A stretch of DNA of 61,074 nt, counting the filler, from Asterionella formosa (lineage: Eukaryota): NCBI GenBank assembly GCA_002256025.1. It is 8 parts of 8 records of this genome, joined end to end, with 100 filler letters (N's around TTAATTAATTAA, not from the genome) between each part and the next. Parts side by side here need not be neighbours in the genome. Positions count along the whole stretch, not along the records: positions 1 to 7,574 come from NKIB01012425.1; positions 7,675 to 15,240 come from NKIB01012426.1; 6 more parts are not named here. The stretch is one strand, 5' to 3'. Of the stretch, positions 1 through 11,223 are shown one piece after another (the first letter of the stretch is position 1; each line of letters opens with the position of its first letter). The translations under genes were made by a program, and so were the position numbers. The notes beneath the pieces are model-generated. The model ran no database searches. It was not told the DNA's origin and was given only the letters and a program-made list of their open reading frames with translations.

Positions 1-1229
1 AAGACACAGTGTGATAGATTTGTTTCAGGGTAGTCTACTGCAGTCTACTACTTTTCTCGAGGCAGATGCTGGTTGTGATGTACTCTTGAATAATAGAATT
101 ATGTAAGGAGCACAGAACGGATAAGTTCAAATAAAGACCAGTGTATGGATTGCATCTCCTTGCATTTACATCACTTGCCATACTTGTTGCTGCATGTGTG
201 TCATCACTGCAATCCTAATATTCTACAGCTACAATTGGAGCACATTTTCTGACAATGTGTTTGTCATGGTGTCCCAAATAGTCTTTCGAAACTCTGACAA
301 TGAATTGCATTGTTCTAGCTACACATTATGGGTACACGACAACATTGGCTCATGCTAAGTAAAAGCACCCACACTATCGCAGCCTAATAGGGTCATGCTT
401 GTGTGGAATACAGAAATATCTACAATAAGGTGGTGATAAAGGCAATCAACATGTTTCACCCAAGGCAGACTTTCATTTGAACTACCCCTGATTGATTAAC
501 TGGGAATACCAGGTACTAGGAATTAGTATCTATTGCGTTTCATATATATGAGGGAGAGAGAGATTCAAGGAAAATCTAAATTTAGGACTAGCTACAGTAG
601 TACAATTAGAAATGCCCGAAAATTAGAAATATGATGCAAACATAGAAGCAAGGAACTGTTGAGGAGATTGCATCATCATATCAAATGTTATTAGCGAAAA
701 ACGCTTGCTTGAATAGTGCTATACGCCAATGCAACCATGACTATGAGCCAAAAAGGATGCTTTTGAAGTTTAGTTTTCGTACATACTACTAGAGCGTCAT
801 AATATAAAAAAATATATATTGTGCATTAGCTACATGTCCTCCTGCAACATATAATCAGTACTTTCTGTATTATTGGGTATGGATAGGTGTGGTCTACCCT
901 AGGGTAGAAGTCATTTTCTTATGTAAATTTTGTTCTGCCCATTGTTTAGATGTTGGTCTTACCAAAAATTCAGGGTGTGAAGAAGAAATGCAATATTTTA
1001 CATGATGTGTTTGATCTAGAATATAATGTCAAGTAGGCCAACCAGGTTGGACTAAATATTGAAAAAAATTATCTAATGTGTACAGAGATAAATTTCACAA
1101 ATATATCAGTAATGGCAAACAAACAGTCAGCTGTTTTCTTCATGTCTCCTCAAACATGTGCAATTGACACAGGGTTTTTTTAGTGATTTGGTAGAAGCAC
1201 TCCGATTTGTTCGACTGCAAGGGAAAGTA

Positions 1230-1402
1230 AGCAAGCCTTTGTTACATTGCTATATTCTATCCAAACTCAAAATTGTTCAAAACAAATTGTTCTCATTTTC
1301 CGTTGTGAAAACAACCAATCTCAAAATATATACAAAAGATTCGATTAATCTAAACTAAATTATTATATACAAGAAGGACTTGCGAGTGCTACCTTGGGTA
1401 CC
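1230..1402. repeat. Fragment of dispersed repeat family A
   Basis: gcaagcctttgttacattgctatattctatccaaactcaaaattgttc matches 32071-32118; gagtgctaccttgggtacca matches 32991-33009. Confidence 0.65.
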
Positions 1403-3229
1403 AAACGTTTTGAAGATTTTGAACTGAAAGTCAATGTTAAATCTAGTAAATTCACGTTTTGGACTAAATATGCTAGATACGAACATAATTATTCTAGCAA
1501 TTTTGTAGTGATTTATACACCGAACAATAAATTGTACTTCGAACTTATCAGCTATTTTGCGTTACGTACATAATTAACCTCGCTCCAAGGTTGCTGTCAG
1601 CGAGAAATGGAATGAAAAAGCTAAATTAATTTTTACTCCATCCAGCTGGCATCATCCACAGGTACGTTATTAAATTTCCATTGGAAGATTAATTTAGTGT
1701 CCGAATAGAATATTATGTCAGTGCAAAATATTCAACAAGGTCATTTTGCATTCTCCTTCACCACAATGGAGAACATCATCTGCGATCTCTCAGCATGTCT
1801 ACCTGAAATAGTGCCAGTGAGATATTTTCATGAGTGATCACCACACAGTTACCCGTGAAGTGAGTTGAAACAATGCATAGGAGTACCACTGGACAGCTGA
1901 GAACCTTAAGTGATTGAAATGCGATGTCAGAACGATTTCTTTAAGTGCATGTGGTACTGGTGGTGTGTATGATAGGCACTTAAAACCCAGGCACCTGGTA
2001 CCAGTGATTATAGTATAAAAGTAATAAATCATCATAGTTTTTGCGGTAATAACCGAGTAAAATAAAGCATGGTTTGGGGGTAGAAAAGAAGGTTCATGTA
2101 TGAATTAAAAACTATGTTCTTATAGACAACGTTATGAGTCAAATGGATGACATAAATAGGCTTTGATCTCCATAACTGTCTGTTCTAGTACCTTGTGCTT
2201 CAAAACTGATTGTATGATAGCTATCCCAGCCATTTCTATCATCTACAATAGAGCTTGTACATGGTTCGAATTTTATCATTTAAGAAACTTCGATAATTTT
2301 AGTTGAAAGATGGGGTGATGTAGCTGATCTAAAGGTACTTGTACGATGGTGGTTCAGGCGCAATAGCGATGCATCAGCGCCACAAACAAGACAAGCACTA
2401 CTTCCCAGGTTGTGTGCAACATCGCATCATGGTGAACAACAGGCCCCAACAGTGGATTTCCTTGCCACTGGTGATGCTGTCCAGAATCCTGCAGTAGTGG
2501 TGGATGCTACGGAAGGAGTTGACATTGTTGGTTATGATGAAGAGGCGCGCGGAGGAATGAAAAACAAAAATTATGTCTGTCAGCATCATACACCAGTATA
2601 TGAAAATGCTAGTGGACAAAGGTAACTAGCCACGGTACTACATGGCAAGAAGCAAAGTGTAACAGAGCAGAACAAAGATGCAAACAACAATTGGTATTAC
2701 ATATGTATACAGTACGACAAACAACAACCGGTGATTGTCAAGAGGCTGTCCAGCAGCAATTGTCAGTAAATATTACTTAAACGGTCACCAAAATAAGAAA
2801 CTAGAGTCGTATTTGACCCGAAACAAATTATTAATAGTGAAGCATCATGTAAAACAACTATTATTATGGGAATAAAAAATCGAAAGGGATAATAAATAAA
2901 TGGTAGTAATCAGTAACGGAATAATAATATTGTGGCAATAAAAAGTTTTTGTGGCAACAACAGGGTAATCGAAAAAAGAAGGAAGATTTATTTTTAAAAC
3001 TCCTCATGTATGTATTAAAAACCAACAAACTGAGAGTCATCCTTATAAGGCAAAACGAAGACATTAGAACCTTTCATATCTCAAGAAATATTAAAGCCAC
3101 CCAAGTTATAATCAGACCTAGTAGTCGTGGTATTGGAGAGGACGAGCTACAACAACTTTTGTACTTGCTTCAACATTACCATGCAATCGGACTAAAATTA
3201 TTTGAGTCTTAACATAGCATTTAGGTAAT

Positions 3230-3585
3230 ACCAGGGTACCCAGAGCATGAGTCAAGCCAGCATGCATATGATAGCATTATAGTTTTATTAGGTACTGGAA
3301 GTTGTTGCGTGATATTGAAATCCCAACTTCTTTAGAACCGTTTATTATTGGTATTTTTCATCACTTCGGCCGAAAAAGGAGAACGAATTTGAGTTTGGAA
3401 AGAATGCAGCAAATCATGCAAGAATTAATTACTTTTGCTTACTATAGCTTTGGGCCATCCTTATGCACACCGGTCATTGTCATTTGCTTTTAGTTAGCCA
3501 TTTTTGGCCCTCGTTTTGACGTTTCCGCGTTTGGACGAATTAGTTTGCATAAAACCTAGCTACGTCACTAAGTCGTGATACAGTA
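3230..3585 (+). repeat. Dispersed repeat family A copy (non-autonomous element)
   Basis: Colinear similarity with 8715-9120 and 33000-33245, e.g. agaaccgtt-ttatt...catcacttcggccgaaaaaggagaac...tttgagtttgga. Confidence 0.75.
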
Positions 3586-4344
3586 TATTTCGAAGTATGA
3601 ATTGATGACGTTCTCCATTTACTTTGAAGAACAAAGTACCAGTCCTGTGTCTACAATTATCAATTTCAGCAAAATGACCACAACTTGCAGATAGTAACCC
3701 AGATCCCAAGAATTACACTAAAAACAGCAAATGTACTCATTTTCTGAAACTCCCTTTTCTTAAGGTTGCGGCCTGCAGTTAGAAATTGCGAGGTCTGTTT
3801 TTCCCAAAATATTTTTATGATGTACCTCAATCCACAGATTACAAACAACTAAATAAAATAGTTAAAGGTAAAACTAGCTGTCAGCAATACGACCATTTTG
3901 CATATACTTAGATACAGTCATTGTTCGACTTAGGTGTCGTATGATCTATATTCAGATATGGTAAGGACCTCATTTCTGGTGAGAATTGGCAGTTATCCCT
4001 CTGAGAATCATAACTATCCAAAAAAAGGCTACGAAGCTTTTAAAGAATCTAGCTATGAGGGTAGCTGCAACTTCTCTCCACAAGTTTGATGATGGTAAAA
4101 AATTGTTTAAATTTTTCGATTTTCACTTCGGTAAGTAAAAAGATCATTTAAATTTTCCATCATTGATAGAAATAATTATTGATTTGCTACATATTTAATA
4201 AAAAAAGGAATCACGAATTCCCTGGACAAACTCATTCAGCATTTCGGAAAATTTTATGCAAAGAGTGTAGGGGATCGAGTAAGACGTACCTCCTCATTCA
4301 TTGCCTGTTTTATTGAATGGTCTGTTACATCAATTTCAGCTTTG

Positions 4345-4641
4345 TCAAGTCGTTGCTCCATTGAATTTTCCCTTCCTGCTCCAGTAGCTACTCTGCAAAG
4401 GTAAGGAAAGGGACGAACATATTATATCAGCGTCAACCGGACTCATTCCTGCTTCGTGACATCCGAGAATGAACACGTTGTTGATTGCAAAGTGTCCCAT
4501 TTGATTGCCTTTCTCAGGAATCCTTTCTTTGTTTTTGCAAATCATAGGTTCAATATACTTTCTATCATAACAAAAATCACAGGTAATTGAAATCCGGCTT
4601 GCGATGCCGAGAATTGGAGTGATATTCTCACAAACAGTCAT
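4345..4641 (-). mobile_element. Mutator-like transposase N-terminal fragment (degenerate)
   Basis: GIASRISITCDFC...INNVFILGCHEAGMSPVDADIICSSLSLP resembles the G(L/I)AS...CxxC...N...G...L.LP N-terminal region of Mutator-like transposases. No full ORF. Confidence 0.45.
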
Positions 4642-5102
4642 TTGCTACTATGTTCTTTAATCCAGAGCATTTGTCATTCCTGGACACAAGATCAGCTGTC
4701 CAAGAGCAACTATAGGAATCAGCAATCAGGTTTTTTCAAATTATTCAGGCAACATAATGACACAGGCTTCACAGTTGATTTTGAGAAGGAACTTAACAAC
4801 CTTTTGCATGGTTTTTATCGGATTGATGCAGTAGAGAATCATTATGGGTTAGGAGAGATTTGTGAGGGTAAGGATACCATGAACAATCAACTATATCCCC
4901 TCCTTTGTTCTTGGTTCATTGAGTTAAAATTTGATTACATTTTTATATTACGTTAAAGCTATCCAATTTCGCACTCATTCCCACTTGAATGGAAACAATT
5001 AGTACCAGTTTTATGAGTCTGTACGGCACAACAGTACCTGTCTCTTTGTCAGCTGCATCTCCAGAACCCTAGGGACTACATGAAACAAATACAGGTGGAT
5101 AG

Positions 5103-5160
5103 TTCAGGAATCGAACCCGCCACCTCATGAGGTGTGCTAACCAATTAAGCCATTCCCCTA
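5103..5160 (-). mobile_element. tRNA-derived SINE head (Pol III A and B boxes)
   Basis: Minus strand TAGGGGAATGGCTTAATTGGTTAGCACACCTCATGAGGTGGCGGGTTCGATTCC has A box TGGCTTAATTGG and B box GGTTCGATTCC. Same 5' end as the element at 34485-34849. Confidence 0.6.
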
Positions 5161-5163
5161 CTT

Positions 5164-5263
5164 GGTTAATTGAGTTAGGAACTGGTGATGACATTTGGGG
5201 TAACCTACTATTCGGTTAATTGAGTTAGGAACTGGTGATGACATTTGGGGTCACCTACTATTC
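5164..5263 (+). repeat. 50-bp tandem duplication
   Basis: ggttaattgagttaggaactggtgatgacatttggggt(a/c)acctactattc occurs twice head-to-tail. Confidence 0.9.
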
Positions 5264-5830
5264 CTGCTGGTCTTCACTTGGAATTTGATCTGCAGGTTCA
5301 ATAGCACAAGCCAAATCTGCTTGTCACATATGGAGTGGACTGACGATGCTCTGAGTAAATACTTTGCAAACACCAAGACATATCAGAAAGGGACTCAATC
5401 AAAATATCCCAGACATATTTATGCAATTCCAATTGACTGGAAAGTGTGTCCTATATTTTCTCTTTGTTAATACTTGGGAAGATTTAATAATGTTGCTAAA
5501 GGAAATGGTTGCTTATTTACTCCTGGTCACAATCAATTTAAGAGATTTTCATCTAATTTTAAAGCTGAAGCCAAGAAAGGACAGCCATTCGAAAAAGATA
5601 TTGAAAAAACATCAGCATGCACAGTATAAGGAAGGGTGCTGCTATTTATAATAGTGCCTGCCCAGGGGGAACTTCATCAGCTTCTATCAGTGTACTACAT
5701 AGTGGTTGGTCAATGGGCCGCAGCGTCAAGGAGATTTATGTTCAGTAGTATGAGCAAGGTGGAGACAGATTTGTGTGAAGGTCGTTATGTGGTCTACCCT
5801 TCTTCTTGTTACTTGCACAAAGATCTTCCT
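5264..5830 (+). mobile_element. Crypton-type tyrosine recombinase pseudogene fragment
   Basis: LLVFTWNLICRFNSTSQICLSHMEWTDDAL..FANTKTYQKG...PRHIYA.P....CPIFSL, then in a shifted frame HSIRKGAA...SGWSMGRSVKEIYVQ*YEQGGDRFV*RSLCGLP. These carry the R, K, HxxR, W and Y catalytic-motif pattern of Crypton YRs; stops and frameshifts present. Confidence 0.8.
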
Positions 5831-7498
5831 TTCCCCCTATGTTTTTAAAATCTGAAACTTATGGTCGTAATGAAACCAAGGCTGCAGTGTTTCCAATGAT
5901 GCTCCTATGTATGTACCAGTTGATGTACTACCCCCCTTTATATCAGCAGGTGGATGGTGCAGGAGGTACCCAGTACTGGTAAAGTATTAGCAAAGGATTT
6001 TGTCGTAGTCATGTGATCATTTCGTATTCTATCGCCTATTACATGCTAGAGTGAAAGTAACAGCCTTAGCAAAAGCATCATTTGCACAGCTGTATGTCAT
6101 AGTCACGTGATCACTTTCGTATTCTATCGCCTTAGTACTTTGTGGTGAGTTGCCCCTGGTATACACCTGGTGGTACCAGGTTACAGGTCGCTCATGTACC
6201 AATCACCATGCTCCTTAAACATAATACCGGTATACATGGTTGCTAAGAAAAATTGTAAGGACGCGTTATAGAGCCTTGACTATAGTGGAGTTCGTTGGGT
6301 TGCACTGTGGCCAAGAAGGCCAGGAATGTAGATGTAGTACATTGGAGTCAGGCAAGGGGCCCATGTGGCTCTAAAAGTGTGGAGGAGAAATTTTTTTAGC
6401 AGTAATATTTGTGAGTCAGGAAAGGAGCCCATGTGGCTCTTAGAGTATGGTGAATAAATTGATTGAACAGGAAGTAATGAGTGAGGATAGAACTGACAAC
6501 ATAAGTTGACAAAACAGCTTTAAAGTAGGGCTTGAGAAAAACTTGAATAGATATGTGATGTGTTGTATGCATTGAAAGAAAGAGAGAGAGAGTGATTGAA
6601 AAAAAGCGAATGGAAGGCTCAAGCAATGGTAGATAAAATTGATAAGAGATCAATAATCGGAGGAACAATGAAAGGCTGCTGTCAAAATGAATTGATAGCT
6701 AAAGGAACTCTGGAAGTTTGTTCACATCACAGCTTATTTGATTTGCTGGTAATCAAAAAGATAGAGTGAAACAGGAATGGAAGCATATTATTGCTGAAAG
6801 GGAGCAAGGTCTTGACAGTGCTGGGATCCTTGACTTGTTCTGAGGTGTCATTGAGTAAAATAGGACGAGTGGTGAAAGGCTTTGGCAATAAACAAATGAT
6901 CAATACTTGATGAAATGATGAATTCAATGGTAGATTAGGAGTTGAGACAAGAGGAGAAGCTTGGATTGCCAATGCAGTAGAGAGATCAGAGGAAAGTGAA
7001 ATTCCTACAGCCTTTGGTACCTGATGGCAAATGATAGTGTGGGCCACAGCAAAAGAAAAGAGTTTCTTGGAATTTCCGGCGGTTCTTGGGGTCTTCAAGG
7101 TGAAAATGAGAGGACTTGAAGTGCTGGTAGAGAGGGATAGTAGGAAGCTTGTGGGAGGCAGAATAAGCAGTTATATGACAAATGTGCTGAAAGAGGAGGT
7201 GCGCAAAGTAGCGAGGAAAGTCAATTCCTCAGGAAGGAACAGGTGGGTTTGACTAATTTTTGCTGTGGAGTGACCAGCAGGTCTAACAGTGAAAGTTGAG
7301 CATAAAGAAGAGTGGAGGAGGGGTAAGCGAAAGGAGCGGCAGCTTCCAAAGAGGAAAGGGTGACTGAGGAGGGTGTCAGCAGCAGCGCTACAGACTGCCA
7401 AAGTTGGCTAAGTACCAAGAAAAATAGAGGAAAGTCGGGATTTTAACCCCCTGAAAGTTCAATGTTGCGATGTTGAAACTATAATACCGGTTTACATG

Positions 7499-7574
<76 letters not shown>
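7499..7574. repeat. (TA)n(GA)n compound microsatellite at contig end
   Basis: Directly visible. Confidence 0.95.
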
Positions 7575-7674
7575 NNNNNNNNNNNNNNNNNNNNNNNNNN
7601 NNNNNNNNNNNNNNNNNNTTAATTAATTAANNNNNNNNNNNNNNNNNNNNNNNNNNNNNNNNNNNNNNNNNNNN
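7575..7674. other. Artificial 100-nt contig spacer (N44-TTAATTAATTAA-N44); same spacer at 15241-15340, 22896-22995, 30545-30644, 38189-38288, 45827-45926, 53451-53550
   Basis: Identical spacer seven times; the segments between them are non-increasing in length. Confidence 0.97.
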
Positions 7675-7764
7675 GTTTGTCCCGATCGTGATCATCACTG
7701 TGCTAATTAGGTATATGTATAAAACGGTACCGGTACTTAAAAATAATATCAGCAGGTATTAATG

Positions 7765-8212
7765 AATTACAATAGGATTATACTTAGAACCGATTACAAT
7801 AATATTATACTTAAAAGAAACTACAATAGGTTTACAATAGTATAATAGTTAGAACAGATCACAATATGATTACAATAGTATTATACTTAGAACAAATCAC
7901 AATAGGTTTACAATAGTATTATACTTAGAACAGATCACAATACGATTACAATAGGATTACAATAGGATTATACTTAGGACAGATTACAATAATATTATAC
8001 TTAAAAGAAGCTACAATAGGTTTACAATAGTTTTATTCTGTTTTCTGTTCTAAGTATAATACTATTGTAAACCTATTGTAGTTTCTTTTAAGTATAATCC
8101 TATTGTAATCATATTGTGATCTGTTCTAAGTATAATAGTATTGAAAACCTATTGTAGTTTCTTTTAAGTATAATCCTATTGTAATTATATTGTAATCTTT
8201 TAAGTATAATAG
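7765..8212. repeat. AT-rich minisatellite arranged as a foldback
   Basis: Direct units (g)attacaatag(g/t)attatacttagaac in 7765-8032, then reverse-complement units gttctaagtataat(a/c)ctattgtaa in 8044-8212. Confidence 0.85.
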
Positions 8213-8559
8213 GACGTAGGTGTCTTGTTCCTTCGTACGGGATTTCAATTTTCGTTGACTAGGAAAGTATAATTACAACAATTCTTTTATAATTGTATTT
8301 TCTTTCTTTCTATATTGCGCTTAATGTATGTACCTCAAAGCAACGCGTCGTTCTCAATTTATCATTGAGATACTCGTTATTCCCCCGCCAACTAGCACCC
8401 AGAGTCACCACATATGTAAGGCTGCCACTGGCTGGGTGAGTTTTAGTTTTCTTAAAAACTGAGGCTTAGTTTGCCATCAAGCACCATGAGGGTTCCCCTA
8501 CCAGCAATAGAGTAGCATTAAGACGTGTATTAAAGTCAGTTAAGAATGAGATATTTGTT

Positions 8560-9120
8560 ATTTTCGTCATGGTCAAAACTGAGACGACATGATGCACCAT
8601 GATGCATTCTCCAGCCAATCACGATGACTGCACAGTTTACTCTGCAGTGCTATATGGGTATTTGTATACAAAAGAGTAGAGCAATCTTAGCTAAATAAAT
8701 ATCTTATGAGTGCTACCCAGGGTACCAGGTACCAAGTACCATACCCTAACCAGTATGAGTCCAGCCAGCGTGCATACAGTGATATTGTATAATAGTTAGA
8801 TCAGGTACCACTAGTTGTTTCGCATGGCTGGTGACGCTAGTATTTGAATATTCAAATCCTAATAAATAGAGAACCGTTCATTATGGGTTGTTTACATCAC
8901 TTCGGTAGGAAAAAGAGAACTATTTTGAGTTTTGGAGAGAATACAGCAAAGTTAGCTAGCAAGACTTGTTACTACTATTGCTTACTTTGTTTGCTTCAGG
9001 ACGCCCTTCCTCTGTTGACCCGGTCATTGTAATTTTCTTTTTTCAGCCATTTGCCATGTTTTGACATTTCCGCGCTTAACGAAATAATTATGTACATCAC
9101 TAACAAATCGTGATACTGTC
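8560..9120 (+). repeat. Dispersed repeat family A copy
   Basis: Colinear with 32800-33245 and 3230-3585. Confidence 0.8.
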
Positions 9121-9128
9121 GATTCAAT

Positions 9129-9285
9129 TATTTCTTGCACACCACCAGGCAAGACCATGTGGGATGTTAAGGAGTGTGGGAGTCAAAACCAATAATTGCT
9201 TCTCAAAAGAATTGCGGTCGTAATTGAACCTCACAACCTCAATTCAAAGGCAACGTGCTTAAACCAGCCACAAAGCCAGCCATGA
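9129..9285 (-). mobile_element. Degenerate 5' half of the tRNA-derived SINE
   Basis: tatttcttgcacacca..caagaccatg.ggga..taaggagtgtgggagtc...tcacaacctca..tcaaaggcaacgtgct aligns with 34706-34835. Confidence 0.8.
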
Positions 9286-9429
9286 TTCCATAATTGCATA
9301 TCACTTACTATGGCTGGGATACATGATACTATGCTTAGGGTACACAAAGTACTAGCCCTCGTGATGCTAAGAATATAGAATTATTTAACTTAGATGTTGC
9401 GATTTGTTTCTATACAGAAAGCACTACAG

Positions 9430-9712
9430 TGCAGTCACTGTAAGGAGCTGGAGAATACTGCATCATGTCATCTCAACCTTGGTGACCATGACAAAAGTGA
9501 CAAATATCTCCATGAAAAATGTAAACGATACTTGGCTATTTGGTACTTATATTAAGCACGACATAGACAATACAATTGTAACAGGAAGTATTTTAATAGC
9601 ACTTATATTGACTACGAAATGGACAGCGCCAATGGCTCATTTTTTCATGGAATTTATAGATGTGCGATTCAGAACTATGGTGATATGAATAGATTTGACA
9701 CTCTCACAATAT
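9430..9712 (-). repeat. Dispersed repeat family A copy (inverted)
   Basis: Reverse complement aligns with 32606-32870 (tgtga.agtgtcaaatct...tctataaatt...gtcatggtca). Confidence 0.7.
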
Positions 9713-10185
9713 GCAATACTCTACACTATAGTAATCATCTGTAGGTCAAACCAAATTTTGTTTGATTATCTACTTAAATAATATCAATTAATAGTGCATT
9801 GACATTTTCAAAATGACTCCTTTGTTTACAATTACTGATCCGGTTGGTGACTACATACGACTAGAAATCTGCTGACAAGGGCTAATAGAATTTGCTGATT
9901 ATGACTAGAAGTTACTGTTTGGTGAACCGCATAAGCAAACCGTCTTCCAGTTGCTGAATACCATTACCAGTAGTAGTAGTAGGTGAACACGATTTCGATC
10001 ACCAGAGCCCGACTTAGATTTAATGAACGATAATTTATTATTATAGAAAGTTACTTAAGATAGTTTGGAATGGAAAGCCAGCCGATCTTGTCTGGTAGGC
10101 ATGGGACGAGTCATTGGGAGTGAGTCGAAACAGAATAAGTGGGCATAAAACATGCGCTACCACCAGGCCTTCCAGGTGGATTACG

Positions 10186-10977
10186 NNNNNNNNNNNNNNN
10201 NNNNNNNNNNNNNNNNNNNNNNNNNNNNNNNNNNNNNNNNNNNNNNNNNNNNNNNNNNNNNNNNNNNNNNNNNNNNNNNNNNNNNNNNNNNNNNNNNNNN
10301 NNNNNNNNNNNNNNNNNNNNNNNNNNNNNNNNNNNNNNNNNNNNNNNNNNNNNNNNNNNNNNNNNNNNNNNNNNNNNNNNNNNNNNNNNNNNNNNNNNNN
10401 NNNNNNNNNNNNNNNNNNNNNNNNNNNNNNNNNNNNNNNNNNNNNNNNNNNNNNNNNNNNNNNNNNNNNNNNNNNNNNNNNNNNNNNNNNNNNNNNNNNN
10501 NNNNNNNNNNNNNNNNNNNNNNNNNNNNNNNNNNNNNNNNNNNNNNNNNNNNNNNNNNNNNNNNNNNNNNNNNNNNNNNNNNNNNNNNNNNNNNNNNNNN
10601 NNNNNNNNNNNNNNNNNNNNNNNNNNNNNNNNNNNNNNNNNNNNNNNNNNNNNNNNNNNNNNNNNNNNNNNNNNNNNNNNNNNNNNNNNNNNNNNNNNNN
10701 NNNNNNNNNNNNNNNNNNNNNNNNNNNNNNNNNNNNNNNNNNNNNNNNNNNNNNNNNNNNNNNNNNNNNNNNNNNNNNNNNNNNNNNNNNNNNNNNNNNN
10801 NNNNNNNNNNNNNNNNNNNNNNNNNNNNNNNNNNNNNNNNNNNNNNNNNNNNNNNNNNNNNNNNNNNNNNNNNNNNNNNNNNNNNNNNNNNNNNNNNNNN
10901 NNNNNNNNNNNNNNNNNNNNNNNNNNNNNNNNNNNNNNNNNNNNNNNNNNNNNNNNNNNNNNNNNNNNNNNNNNNNN
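10186..10977. other. Sized scaffold gap (792 N, no linker)
   Basis: N run without the TTAATTAATTAA linker. Confidence 0.95.
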
Positions 10978-11223
10978 TATTGTACCTATTGTTGCAAAAT
11001 TGTAGCACTTATTATTCTCCGACTTTCAGGTACACGGTACGGAGTATCAGGTACCAACCTGTGAATGTTTCGGTAATTGAGAAATTAAGCTTTGTTTTCC
11101 TTATAGAAAAAACGTCTTGTACTGCATCTCCTTGGTATGTATGTGGAAGTAAATAGTACATAGCATTCGCATCCTCACCTCCCAACCTCCCAATGAAACA
11201 ATAATTCTATCGCAACTACCACC

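Noticed and set aside
5103..5160. Functional tRNA gene (CAT anticodon-like)
   Set aside because: Too short between A and B boxes and no acceptor stem pairing; shares its 5' end with the SINE family.
7619..7630. Recurrent TTAATTAATTAA palindrome as a biological motif
   Set aside because: Always centred in a 100-nt N spacer; it is an all-frame stop linker added during concatenation.
10114..11156. Long ORFs of 275-334 aa in the ORF track
   Set aside because: They consist almost entirely of X from the 792-N gap.
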